In this document: positions 37,342 through 49,941 of the stretch, piece after piece | How the letters are laid out: every line of letters starts with the position of its first letter | How positions within the stretch are numbered: the first letter of the stretch is position 1 | NCBI RefSeq assembly: GCF_018977255.1 | Contig: NW_024704742.1 | Coordinates: 40,240,001-40,304,000, forward strand | Origin: Callorhinchus milii | Lineage: Eukaryota | Length of the DNA: 64,000 nucleotides | Direction of reading: 5' to 3' | Translations under genes and position numbers: made by a program | Notes under the pieces: generated by a model | What the model was told of the DNA's origin: nothing | The model's input: the letters and a program-made list of their open reading frames with translations, nothing else | The model's database searches: none

Positions 37342-38302
37342 ATCTTAAGACTATCTCCTTAACTGTGCTTTTGTTCATCTTTCCCTGCGTGCCTCCCCCC
37401 ACCCACCCCAACTATCTTCAGCCCCCACTTCCAACTCAGGAGTCCAGTCAGTTATGTGAAGCGCTTTGAGAGTTCCTCTGATGTGAAAGGAACTATCTGA
37501 ATATGAATTGTATTATATCTCAATCTAATAAACTCACCTCTTGCAGTTGCAGTTTTTCATTTTAAGTTATTTTCCTATCTTCTATTTGACAGTACCATGT
37601 AACCAGTATTCTTCGCGGCCCATTAAATTTTAATATATTTGTACTTGGAGATTTTTGCGCAAAATTAAGAGGGCTGTGAAGAATAAATAAAATCTTACTT
37701 TAATAGGTCAGACCATCACAACCCACAAATATACGGTCAATTCACTTTACAGTCTATTCTGTGAAGCGCTTTGAGATGTCGAGAAGACATAAAAAGCGCT
37801 ATATCAAATGCAAGGATTATTATTATTAATATAACCTGGAGTAGTTCCAAGAATATACAGGGCAAGAGTCAGCTGATTGCATGCAAAAAGCTGGCGCTGA
37901 ATTAAATATGTTTCCACATTGTTTGACTTGTCTCCCATTATTGACATTGGAAATAATGATTTCTTTGGTTAAATACTCTTATAAATGAATTTCAGGTAAA
38001 AATGAACATTTTATTCAATCAGAAAGGAACATCTTATGGGCAGTAAACGCTCTGACATTCAAGCACTAATGGAATTTTCTTTATCACTCAAATGATCTCG
38101 CCAGCTATGCTGGAGGTGTTGTCTCATGCTTGAGGATGGCTCCATGGACACCTGGTACAATCTGGTACGTTGCCTAAGAGATCTTTCTTCACATGTGAAT
38201 CCAGATAGTGAGTGTTAGTAGGTCTGACTCCTGAACCTAATTTTATCCTGAGCCAACACTTTCCAGCACGGTTCACTAGATGGAGCAAAGACTCTGGTTG
38301 TA

Positions 38303-38690
38303 TCAAAATCCTGATTCTCACCTGCAATCTCTCCATGGCCTTGCTCCCCCCTATCTCTGCAACCACCTAACCTCCTAACAACCTGCCTGCTCCCTCTACT
38401 CAGCGGTCTCCGGCCTGCTGCAGGTCCCCCGCCTACCCGCCTCACCATTGGCCGGCAGCCCCTCAGCCACTCTGCCCCCACCCTCTGGAACTCCATCCCA
38501 CAGTCCCTCCACCTTGCCTCTTTCAAGACCCATCTAAAAATTCTCCTTTTCGAACGTGCCTTTGGTTACCCTCCTTCCCCTCTGCCCTCCACCCTCTCCG
38601 ATCCAACCCCCAGCTCAGACACAAAACACTCACTGTCCTGCCCCTTTGGACATCCTCCCAACGTGAAAGGCGCTATAAAAATTTAATTTT
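38303..38690 (+). mobile_element. L2 3' fragment
   Basis: KILILTC..LHGLAP...IGRQPLSHSAPTLWNSIP; 3' UTR TTTGGACATCCTCCCAACGTGAAAGGCGCTAT. Confidence 0.88.
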
Positions 38691-39270
38691 CATGATGTGG
38701 TATATTTAACACCACTGAGTAAAGCACATAATATTTCCCCATTACTTCAGTTGAGTGGCAGATTGTACTATGAGCTCAATTTATTCTTTCTCATACTCTT
38801 AGATAAATATCAACTAACAGGAATACTGGACACTATTTGGATGGGAACATTTTTACATGTCATTTGGGGTGGGCTGAGAGTGGTATTTTCATACACTGCT
38901 GGACGTTAGTTTCTGTGTTGTTTGGGCTTGGGAATGGGGGGGAAGTATTTTCTTTTTTGCATGTGGGAATTGATCTTTGGCTTCCGCTCAGAGAGGGAGA
39001 TGAGAAAGTTCATCATTGGGTACTATAGGACAAATAGAACCATCGAAATTGATTTTAGAGTTTCCTGCACTACAAAAATTTCCTGCACTAGAATGGACTT
39101 CAAGCTCAATGCAAAAATTATTCCCGCATTTCATTTAATATGGACGGCAACATCTATGCTCCCAATCGTTTATACCGGGTTAGTTTTGTGAGCTAGTGGG
39201 TTGGAGGTGGGAGGCTGCTCCTCTTTGACTGCTCCTGCCCTTCTGTAGCCAGCTTTACTACCCGAACAAT

Positions 39271-39643
39271 GTGGAGTTCTGTAGCTCAGTGGTTAGAGCA
39301 CTTGCCTCGTGAGCGAGAGACCTGGGTTCGATTCCCGGCAAGGCGAAACGTTGGGCAAGTTTCCTTACTCCAAACCCCTCTGTTTACCTAACAGTAAGTA
39401 GGAACCCGGTTGTTAGTCGATTGGTGAATCACTTTTCCGGTGGTAATAATTCCTTAAAAAGAAATTGGTCGCTCAATCCATGACTATTTGTGGGACACTG
39501 CTGCGTACAATTAGCTGCTGCATTTCGCCCACAAAATATACAGTCAATTCACTTTACAGTATATTCTGTGAAGCCCTTTGAGTAATTTCAAAGATATGAT
39601 AACCCGCTATATCAAATGCAAGGAATATTGTAATTATTATAAT
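39271..39643 (+). mobile_element. tRNA-derived SINE, full length, subfamily A
   Basis: GTGGAGTTCTGTAGCTCAGTGGTTAGAGC (A box), GGGTTCGATTCCC (B box), central block and tail. Confidence 0.93.
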
Positions 39644-40807
39644 TCTCCCCATCACCTGCGAGCTTCTTCTTTTCTGTGGGTCAATTTGGAAATACGACAG
39701 CTAATTTAATTACAACTAATCTTAAAATAGATGTTGGATTTGTCCAAATTTGCACACAAATTCAATATCCCTTGTACAGTGAATAAAATGTAACTGCTCC
39801 TACTGTAGTATACCATTGATAGGTTTACATTTCCAGCCTGCAGAGTTAATGCAATATCAATTCCGAGTACCTCTGACACAATGCAGGGCTGCTTCCTTAG
39901 TAAGCAGAGCACAGGCACTCAAGATTCAGGTCGAAAAAACAGCCGAGCACAATGTCCCTTCTGCAAAAGCACCACAGGGGTCACTAGCATTGCAAAATAA
40001 TAATAATTAATAATAATAATTATAATCTTGCATTTGATATCGCACCTTACCAAGTCTTCAATACATCTCAAAGCCCTTCATAGAATATACTGTAAAGTGA
40101 ATTGACTGAATATTTTGTGGGCGAAACTCTGGAACATTTCTTGTAGTTCTGTTGCTTCAGGCTTGGGGAATGAGTAAAGGAAGGTGAAGTGAAATATAGA
40201 CTGAAATGTGAATGTAACACCCAGAGTGTTTGACATTGTAGAGCTGTGAAGTTAAGCATGAGGGCAATTTAGGCAATTGTTTGAACCTTTTCCAGAACAC
40301 GCCACACAGCTATTCTAAGACTTAATATTTTCTTCTATATTTTAGACTCTTTTGCAAAAGGCATTTATGTTATTTAACCTATTGAACCATGGAAACCTTG
40401 AATTCAGGGCTGAGCCTTTATTGTGAGCCTTGTGTTGTGACTTTGGTGATTTTGATGGTTTGTTAGCATGTTGATGTTTCATTTCCCTTGTCATGCTTGA
40501 GGTTCTCTATGTAACAAGTTCCTACTCTTAGAGCAAGGTCATTCTCTCATCTAGAAACAACAACAATTTGTATTGATATAGCACCCTTCATGTCAGGAGG
40601 ATGTCCCAAGGTCAAGGGTGTGCTGAGGGTTGGAGTCAAGAGGGGTGGAGGGCAAACGGATAGGTCGGAGGATGACTGAAAAAAGAACTTCATAATGACT
40701 CAACCTTCAAACGTTTAAAAGTATTTCACAAGTAGTGAAGTAATTATTTTTGTAGCCAAATAGAGCAGCTGCTTGTGCCTGGACTGCACTGGAGAATCAG
40801 TTTCAAC

Positions 40808-41036
40808 CAGGGCGATCCTCCTTTTGGCTGCTGAAGACCGGTTGCCCTATTTTAGAAATGTCTGGGCCGCACAAACAATATTTTTGTGTTTCCCTTCCAG
40901 AAACATAACATAACATTTACTGGTTATGGAGGGAGCAGGTGGGCCAAATAAAATGGTGGTGGAGGGGTGGGTGGGGGGCGGATGAAATTTGCCACAGGAC
41001 AGATGCGGCTCGCAGGCCCCCAGTTGGACCAACCTG
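40808..41036. mobile_element. Non-autonomous hAT (Charlie/MER30-like) MITE
   Basis: CAGG...CCTG termini; degenerate TIRs CAGGGCGATCC/GGACCAACCTG; 8-bp flanks GTTTCAAC and GTCTAAAC (6/8); GGGCCGCA and GCGGCTCGCAGGCC subterminal motifs. Confidence 0.7.
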
Positions 41037-42316
41037 GTCTAAACTATGAGCACAAGTTCCAAAATGTGACTTGGAACCCACAACCCTTGATCCTGACCCA
41101 GCAGGGGAAAGGGCTACAAAGGAAACAATGCCACGTTTTCTGACAGCCTAAACTACAACATGTAATATATATTATGAAGCAGCAAATGTCTGGGGAAAAG
41201 TAGCAGATTGAGACTAAGCATATAACTCTCACAGAGCCCTGACAAAATGGGCCAAATGGCCTACTTCTGTGCTGAAAATTTCTGGTTTCTGACATCTTTA
41301 CTATTTTCATGGACAAGCCAAAAGATAACTCGTTATATGTGGATTTATGGACTATTGCAATTCCAGGCAATGCCTCCTGGAGAAGGATGTAGAGGACTGG
41401 AAATTGTGTTTTTATAAAATATAAACACTATTGTCATGGAGTAAGCTGAGATATAACCAAATAGCAGAACTTTGTAAATTCTATTAAAGAAAATAAATAG
41501 GTGTCCAATTTGTATTGTCTTGTTCTAATTGTCAGAGGAATTCATAACAAATGAAATACCATAAAAATGTGCATGAATATGTTTTAGGACAGGAGAATAT
41601 TGCTAGGTTCAACAATTCGTATCCTTTTTAATTCTCAGCCACTGAGCTACTCGCTGTCCATCAATCCCTTCACTCTGTAGAAACACATCTAATCACTGAT
41701 TGAACCCAATTCCACTGTCTTCTTCAATAGACCTTTTTGGTAACTTATTCCATAAGCCTATTAACGTGTCACAAAAGAGTTCTGCCTGACATCACTCATC
41801 GCACTTACATTTCTAATTTTTAACTCGTGTTCCTGATATTTGAACCTTTCAATTCGATGAACAATTTGCCTGAGTCAGATTTGTCAATCTTATTTATTAT
41901 TTGAAATAATTATGTCACCTGAAATTTCTTCTTTTCGAAAGACAAAAAGCCCAATTTCCTTAATCTTTCTTTATAACTTCAATTCCTCAATACTTCAAAT
42001 CACTTTGGTTGCTCTCAGACACTAATCTGCATTTTGAGTTCATTTAACTACTGTATACGTCAAAAGATATTATTATGGAATTGTACGCATCTGTAGACAC
42101 CACTTTTAAATACTGTAGATGGTAATAGGCACTATGCTTTCAAAAGGCCACTGAAATGTTGGAAATGGTATAGATGGGAGGAGTAGGAGTTATCTGTGAC
42201 TTTGTACTCTAAGATATGTAGAGAGAATTGCAGATTGGACATGTTCTTATTAGAAAAAGGATGATTGAAAGTGGAATCTGATTCAGGTCTTCCAAATAAT
42301 GTGAGGCATAAATTCT

Positions 42317-42620
42317 AATAATAATTACTGTACTTGCATTTGATATGGCATCTTTCATGTCACAAGGACATCTCAAAGTGCTTGACAGCATATAGTGTAA
42401 AGTGTAGTGACTGTGTATTTTTTGCAAACGTGGCAACCAATTTGCCCACAGCACTGTCCTTCAAACAGCTAAGAATCGAATGACCAATTTTATCGTGCGA
42501 ATTGTAGACCAGGACACTGAGAGAAACTCTCTCCATTTTTTAAATGGTGTCATGATATCTTTAACATCCACGTGAACAGGCAGACAAGACCTCAGTTTAA
42601 CGCCTCATCTGAAAGACAAA
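42317..42620 (-). mobile_element. Deu-domain SINE, 3' two-thirds
   Basis: TTTAACATCCAC..GAACAGGCAGAC...CTCAGTTTAACGCCTCATCTGAAAGAC plus tail. Confidence 0.85.
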
Positions 42621-43436
42621 GCTGTAGACTAATTATTTGGCTTAGTCTGTGAGAAAGAGGCATAAATCTTAAACAGCAAAAGGCAAGGGTACCTTTTCGC
42701 TCAGAAAATATACAGTCAATTCATTTTAGAGTATATTCTGTGAAGTACGTTAAATGTCTCAACAACGTGATAAGGTGCTGTATCAAATGCAAGGAATATT
42801 ATTTTTATTAAGAATGGGGGCAAGGGAGAGGGATTGAGGCAAAGAGTTGTAGAGTTTGGAGGCATTGGTCTGAAAGCATGATCGCCGATGGTGAAGTGGA
42901 TGGGTGAACGGGCATGTAGAAGGATAAGGGACTTGATCTGAAAAGAAGAGCACATTGAGCTTTCTCAAAGTCTTTATTAAGTATTGTCCTTCAAATACCA
43001 TGTTTAATTGGGTGCTTTGAATTTTGCTGCACATAAGCTTTCTGCCAGAATTGAAAGGGGGAGGAATGTTGGGAGTAATACCAAATCTTTTTATTACATT
43101 GATTTCTCTTTACACTCCCGAACATTAGAGATGCGAACAATATCTCACTTCATGTTTCCTTCCAACCTCCTGCTGGTTTCTTTTTATTTATCAGCACTTT
43201 TGGTAAAATACATTTCAGTTGAGAATAATTAAAATGCGCTACCCTCCTGAATTTTCACTATCACTGCAATGCAGTATTCCAGCTCTGCACCATATTCTTT
43301 TTCTAAACCTCTGCCAAATTGTCTCCTCTCTTCATCTCCTGAAGGTATTTAAGTCATTTATTTCCCTTCTACTGTTCTAAGGGCACCATCCGTCACTTCA
43401 TCCAAGTGTCCATTATTTCTATATGAGCTTTGACAG

Positions 43437-43790
43437 GTTTTTTGGTCAGGCGGAATGTCTGACATGTACAGAAACCCATCACCATGTTTCCAAACCAGCT
43501 GAGAGTGCCTACACATGAAAATTTGGCTGAAATGGGACACATGCTCTCTCTCTGGAGGGACGAATGCTGCTTACCTAATTCCAGAGAGTATTAGGGCCAG
43601 GTTGGCAAGAGCCAAGGTTTGGACACCCCAGAGAATGCGTTGGGGTTCTACTGAAATTTAACCAGCTAAACCAGGTTGCCATTGAAAGTCTCTTTGGTAA
43701 ATTCCAATTGCTTATCCAGCTAGACCCACCTATTAGGGCTTTGCCTTGCAGGGTTAATGGGAGCTGAGTGGGAAGAATCCTAATGTTTCT
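43437..43790 (-). repeat. Family X copy
   Basis: TTTTTTGGTCAG...TGCTTACCTAATTCCAGAGAGTATTAGG...TTGGCAAGAGCCAAGG...TTGCAGGGTTAATGGGAGCTGAGTGGGAAG. Confidence 0.8.
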
Positions 43791-44429
43791 TCCCCACTAA
43801 TGTTGGTAGGGTAACTGTAGCATCCTAAATACTGTCTCACAAACGGCAAGTCTCAATTTGATTTGCCCACAACGTATAGTCAATTTACTTTACAGTATAT
43901 TCTGTTAAATACTTTGAGACGTCTCGACGGCGTGATAAAGTGCTATATCAAATAAAGGATGATTACTATTATTGATTCCAGTTCCTGAATACCACATTTT
44001 AAATCCTTTTGAATTATTTGGGAAGAGTAACAGACAAGGCTTTGCATATCTGAAGTTTTTTTCCCTTGGCTGGTAACTTGTTAAGAATCAGAATTCAGGG
44101 TCACACACATTTTTTTTAAAAGTTGTTAAATCCTTTTAACGAGGATCTTTCCTCCCCTCAGTAATTCCTGATTTATTGTACTAATGATCTCTGCTGGCCT
44201 CAGCACTACAGGTTTCATTTGCTGGCAAGCGAAAGTGCTCGTTAAATTACCCCTACAGTGGGGGTAAGTGACTTTTTGAACATGGTCAATGATAAGCTCC
44301 TCCACTTAAAGTGTAAGCTGATTCTTTCTATGTCAGTGCAAGGCAGCACCAACAGGGAGCAGTGGACTGGCTATATGGGAAATCGGGAAATTTCCTGAGC
44401 GTCTCGATGATTAGCTTCCAAGCACCCCC

Positions 44430-44943
44430 GAAAAAAAAGGAAAACTTGTCAAACAGTGATATTAATGGCAAGCTAAGTGTTTTTAACTGGTTAGACTCCA
44501 GCAGTACCCCAAAGCACACTCTGGGGGGCCCCAAGTCTTGGCTCAGACCAGTCACTGCGGGCAGGGACTCTTCCCACTAAGCTCCTGTTAACCCTGCAAG
44601 CCAAAGCTCTAATGGGTCAGGTCATCCTAGCTGGACAAGCAGCAGAAACGATTGTCAGACAGTTCTCTTAAATGGATAGCTGTGCAGTTTTAGCTGGTTG
44701 GACTCCAGCAGTACCCCAACACACATTCCGGGGTCCCTTGGCTCTTGCCAACTTGTGCCTAATACTTTCCAGAATCAGGTAAGCAGGATCCGGCCCTCCA
44801 CGGAGAGAGTGCACATTCCATTCCAATTATCTATCTCTGGAATTTCCATGTGTAGGTGGGATGCATGGAAATCTCAGCTTGGATACTCTTAAGCGTGGTG
44901 ATGGGTTTCCGTGGATGTCAGACACTTGGCTGACCAAAAAAAG
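44430..44943 (+). repeat. Family X copy with an upstream partial duplication
   Basis: 44543-44943 is colinear with 7327-7946; 44440-44543 duplicates the internal ...CTGGTTAGACTCCAGCAGTACCCC...CTTGGCTC block. Confidence 0.8.
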
Positions 44944-45794
44944 TGCCCGCATGATTGGCTTCTGAGCGTCCCCCCCACCCCCACATAAATCAACACCCCT
45001 ATTTTACATCACAATCACAAGCATTTGGGGGAGCCGACAGACAGCATCCACTGATATTTACTACGTGGAGTCTTAAAGGTCCGAGCCGCAACTGGTGAGA
45101 AACAGCTTGTTTCTGCTCAGCTAACGCATTTTGTTAGATATTAACTTCATTTGATGTGCTGCACAAGGGCTGTGATCAGCACTTTGCTCCAGGCAAAGGG
45201 AAAGCAATCCGTCTTTCAGAGAATTCAAAATGCTTGCCAAAATGTTTCTGCATGAAAAAGCCTATTAACAAGCGTCATGTGAGTGCATATTTATAAAAGT
45301 TCGGAAAGTGCTGACCTTAAATGTGGAAAATGCAGCAACTTACCATTTTCACAGCTGATTAACTTGGTGATATTTCAATGAGAAAATTCTGAAAATGTTT
45401 CCTATAATGTAATGACATGAAGCTAAAACCTCCATTAAACAGGCCCATCGCACATTTGTTTATCGGAATATAATGTTTTCCACAGAATTTACTGGCAGTT
45501 TTAAATCTAGTGCAACTATTATTATGGTAGAACTGTGGTATTAATTGTTATTTACAAGTTGAAACAAGCACATATCGTCGCTTGGCCTATTTGAAGCTTT
45601 TGGATTTATTCAAAAATTACCTCCTGTGAATTAATGATATTTCAATATCTTAAAATTCTTGGTTAATCCAGGAGTGCAGACTGGTTGCTCTCTACAATAC
45701 TGGATCCACACTCCTTTCAATCTGTTGAGACCATTCAGAACTTGAAGAAAACCTGACTATTTATTTGAAGCCCAAAAATAAATAAGCAGGTAAT

Positions 45795-45895
45795 AAGAGA
45801 AAAACTAAACACAGCAAATACATAAAGGCGAATTCAGCAGCTGAAAGAGAAAATAGGATAACCATGCGGGTATGAGCCTTCATCAGATCTTTAAC
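45795..45895 (-). mobile_element. Penelope-like pseudo-LTR remnant with degenerate minimal hammerhead motif
   Basis: Minus strand GATCTGATGAAGGCTCATACCCGCATGGTTATCC...TTTCTCTTTCAGCTGCTG; CTGATGA is intact but GAAAC has decayed to GCATG. Confidence 0.5.
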
Positions 45896-45907
45896 AATCT
45901 CTAGAAG

Positions 45908-46410
45908 GACAACAACAATAATTTGCATTTATATATTGCCTTTCATGCGGGGAGGATGTGTCAAAGCATTTCACGCAGCTTACTTGGAACCTGAGGATGG
46001 GAATGGCGGTGGGGAAGGCATGGTTGTAAAGATAGGTGTTAATGTGGGGTTTAAAGGAAGGGTGTAAGAAGTGAGGTGGAGGGACTCCAGAATGGAGTTC
46101 TGGGGCAGAATGACTGAAATCTCATCCATCAGATCAGTAGATCGATAAGCAGCAGGCCTAGTTTTTGCTGGCGAAGGGAGCAGCGGTATAGTAGGGGTAC
46201 AGGAAATCAAAGTGTAGGGGTGTAAAGTCATGGAGGGATTTGAGCATGAGGACAAAGATCTTGAATTCGATCAGTTGGTGGTTGGGGAGCCAGTGGAGCC
46301 AAGTGAGGATGGAGATGATAGGCTCACCGTGCCTTCCGTTGGACAGCATATGGGATGCAGAGTTCTGGATCTTCTGCAGCTTGTGTAAGGAGGAGCTGGG
46401 GAGTACAGTA
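45908..46410 (-). mobile_element. Degenerate L2 3' fragment
   Basis: LPSSSLHKLQKIQNSASHML...LHWLPNHQLIEFKI (ORF 46158-46571); CAACAAC tail. Confidence 0.88.
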
Positions 46411-47904
46411 AACAGGACATTGAAAACAAGCCAAGAAAAGAAGACATTAGGAAGAAATGAAAAACTTGTTCTTATACTGTGGCTCCTGGGCCACACACTG
46501 CGACACAGGAATGGAGGGGTTGACAGACTGCCCCTCATTCCTGAGCTCACACATATAACCTTTGCAGACATTATCTCTGAATTTCCAATGGTGGTGGTGG
46601 TGAGAGGCTCGAAGGACTTGCAGAGTAGTTCCGTTCAAAGGTCAACACATGGGGAAGTGTGGTAACATCAGGGCCAAAGTCCTCGCAAAAACATTAGAAT
46701 TTTATTTTCGCAATTGACAAGATTGAAAAAACTGAAGCAAAAGCTGGGAGGTTATCCTGAGCATCAGTACCCCGCTCCGAGCATTTTACCTCAATATTTA
46801 GGGTATTTCAGCATTTCTATGTGGGAAAATAGAATTCTGGAGAAACTTTGGCTTCTCGTGAAAAGCAGTCAGCAGTTGGCAGCTACAGTCACGGCCACTA
46901 GTGGCTATCTTCCTAGCACTAAATCTGCTGACGTTGTGGTGGTGGTGGTGTGGGGGGGAGGGGGAAGAGGGATTGACGGGATCCATGAAGTGTTATTATA
47001 CAGAGGGTGGAGCTTTGTGGCATGCAATATCCAGCATCAAACCCACATCCTTCTCATTCCCCATTTTATATTCAGGTGGGAGGCTTGTCTGAGAACGCAA
47101 GCTCAGGACAAGATAGGTCTTACTCGAAGGTCCACACCACATGAGACTCAAACCCACGACCTTCTCTCTGAAAAACGAGTGTTGCCAATTGAGCCAGGCT
47201 GGCGCAAATGCAAGTTAGGGGGTTATTGTGATTGTTAAGTATTACTGTTAATTAATTGGGGTATATTTCCATATTTTAGGGTGTCCTCATTCAGTGTTGA
47301 CAAGTGCAATTTTCCATGTGGTGTCATTGGCAATGGAAGAGGAGCAGAAACCCTGGCTGATTTGTCCTTCATCAGTTGAGTACTACCAAAGCTAATAGGA
47401 GAGTCCCACTGCCAGGGGCCTTTCTCTGATCCAATTGTGCCACCAGCTTGCCACTGGTAATAAACAATCTTATTGAATCTGCACCTAAACGTGTAAAAAA
47501 CAAACTGCAATTATTCTAATAGGTCTCAATAAAGAACACCAAATTTCATTCAAAATCAAGTCAGGTATCGCCAGAACATGTATTGAAACCTATCAAACAA
47601 TCTATCCTTTTGCTTTGAAACATTGCAATTGAAGCCACTATCTTAGTTTTCAATGACCTTGTTTACAATTCCAGGTCAATCTCATAATTAATAACTTAAG
47701 GACTCAATGAACTGTGTGTCTGTCTTAATTTAGGAGGTCAGACATTTAATGGATTGCTCCAATAAAACGTAATTAGCTTTTAAAAGAAAGTGAGTGCTAT
47801 GGATTAATTGCAGAGCTCCAAACCAACCAGGAAGTACTTCTGTGGTTCATAATTTAGTCCTGTTGCTGTAAGATAGACATGAGCACTGTTCGACCTGTAT
47901 TGCG

Positions 47905-48365
47905 TCAATGTGGGTCAGTTGACAGCACCCTTGCTCAGAAGATTATGTGTTCCTTTTAACCTTGAGATCCTAATCTAGACCACCACTCCAATGCAGTACT
48001 GAGGGGAATGTTGCATTTTCAGAAATACTGTCCTTTAAATGAGGTTTAAAACTGAGGTCCTTCCTGCCTTTTCCTGAATAATAATGATTCTTACATTTGT
48101 ATAACAACTTTTACATCAGGAGGACATCTCAAGGCACTTCACAGAATTTTATTGTGAAGTGTAGTGACTGGGTGTTTTGAGGGCAAACGGTTTGTGAGGT
48201 TCTTCAGGTAGATGTTAAAGATCTGATGAGATTATTTGAAATGAGTTTCTCCTGGTGTCATGGCCAGCAATCCTCCACATAAATTGATCTTTCATTTCAT
48301 GCACGTAAGTGAATCCTTGCTGTGCAGAGCAATCGCTACACCTGCCTACAAGAAAGTCACTGCAG
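47905..48365 (+). mobile_element. Old Deu-domain SINE interrupted by an antisense SINE tail (48078-48190)
   Basis: CACTCCAATGCAGTACTGAGGG...GATGTTAAAGATC...TTCTCCTGGTGTCATGGCCAG. Confidence 0.7.
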
Positions 48366-48679
48366 CAAAGAACCCAGCTACATATGGAGGTTTAACAACA
48401 ACAACAATTTTCCATTGATACCTATACTTTCACATTCTCCCCCAAAAGACTGGCAACTCCAAGTCCGATAAGTGCTCTGAGACTCCGTCCAGTATGAAGG
48501 GTGCAATATAAATGCAAGTTGTTGCTGATGTTCTGTCAGCTTGCCTGTCAGGGACTGGATGAGCGCAAACTTCTTGCAGTTAAATGTCGATAAGACAGAA
48601 GCCATACTCCTTGGCTCAATGTCTTCTGTCCTGTGGCTCTGACCTCCTCAACCACCCCAGCCTATCCCTCAGACTCGCC

Positions 48680-48878
48680 TAGTTTTCTGACACATGCAGA
48701 AATCAATCATTATGTTCAGGAATATCGAAACCAGAGTATGACTTCCACATATGTATGTCACCAACACAAGGACACTTCCCTAAATCTGGAATGGAATGTG
48801 CATTCCCTCCATGGAGGGTTGCACCCTGTTTATCTCAATCCCAGAGAGTATTAGGTGCAGCTTAGCAAGAGCCAGGAA
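48680..48878 (-). repeat. Family X fragment
   Basis: GGAATGGAATGTGCATTCCCTCCATGGAGGG...CCAGAGAGTATTAGG...GCAAGAGCCA. Confidence 0.7.
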
Positions 48879-49496
48879 AGAAATACAACAAAGCTATCTG
48901 ATGACCAAAGTGACAAGATAGTGACAACTCAATACCTTCATTAAACCAAACCTTTTTGCAATTATCCACACAGAACAGAGGCAGAGAGTGGTGAGAGATG
49001 AGCCAAAGAGAATGAGTGCCATTGCAACAGGGGCTATTATATTAATTGTAAATGAGTTGATATTGTAACTCAAGGTGAAATTCTTTTGTGGGCTTAATGT
49101 ATCTCGATAATAGCTTTGTTATTTGAGATTCTAAACATTCGAGCATCCTATTTGGTTAGTTAACCTTATGATTATTATTTTGTTTAACGAGTATATTTTA
49201 CAGAAGCCAATCTTTTTGATGGGCTAAAAACATGGTATTATCTATGTGAATCTAAACAGCAAAATCATACACTATATTTTTAGTGTTTTTTTCACGCAGA
49301 GGGGCCTGAATTTTGCGTCGCTTTATTTTTGTGCAACCCCTGTGATCGTTTAACCTGCCTGTTTTATTAAAGGTAAATTGAAATTAAAACATATTTTGAG
49401 CCCCATTTAATTTCATGCAAAAACATGTGTGAAAATAGAAATTTAAATGGGCTGTGAAAAATACTGGTCATACAATAATCAATATATAAACCATCT

Positions 49497-49941
49497 ATAA
49501 TAATAATAATTATTCTTACATTTGATATAGTATCTTATCACATCATTGAGACATCTCAAAGTGCTTCACAGAATATGTTGTAAAGTGAATTAACTGTGTA
49601 TTTTGTGGGCGAAATACAGCAATCAATTGCGCACAGCAGTATCACTTAATCCACGATACACAATCGTGGATTAAGTGACCAATTTTTTTTTCTTGGAGGT
49701 ACTATTACCCCCATAAAGTAAATCGACTAATGACTTTTCATACTTACAGAGGAGTGTGGAGTAAGGAAACTTGCCTAAGATTTTGCCCCACCCAGGAATT
49801 GAACCCGGGACCTCTAGCTTGCGAGGCAGTAATGCAGTTACTGGAGGAGCATTGATTTACGTCACAGGTGCCGAACCTTGGAGGGGACATTAACACAAAG
49901 TCCCATCCATCTGTCTTAACCACTACGCTACATGACTCCAT
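49497..49941 (-). mobile_element. tRNA-derived SINE (A) with an ~88-bp insertion in the head
   Basis: Head is split at CTTGCGAGGC|...|TAACCACTACGCTACATGACTCCA. Confidence 0.85.

Noticed and set aside
39271..39345. tRNA gene
   Set aside because: The A and B boxes belong to a SINE head that continues into a repeated body and tail; no proper acceptor stem or terminator
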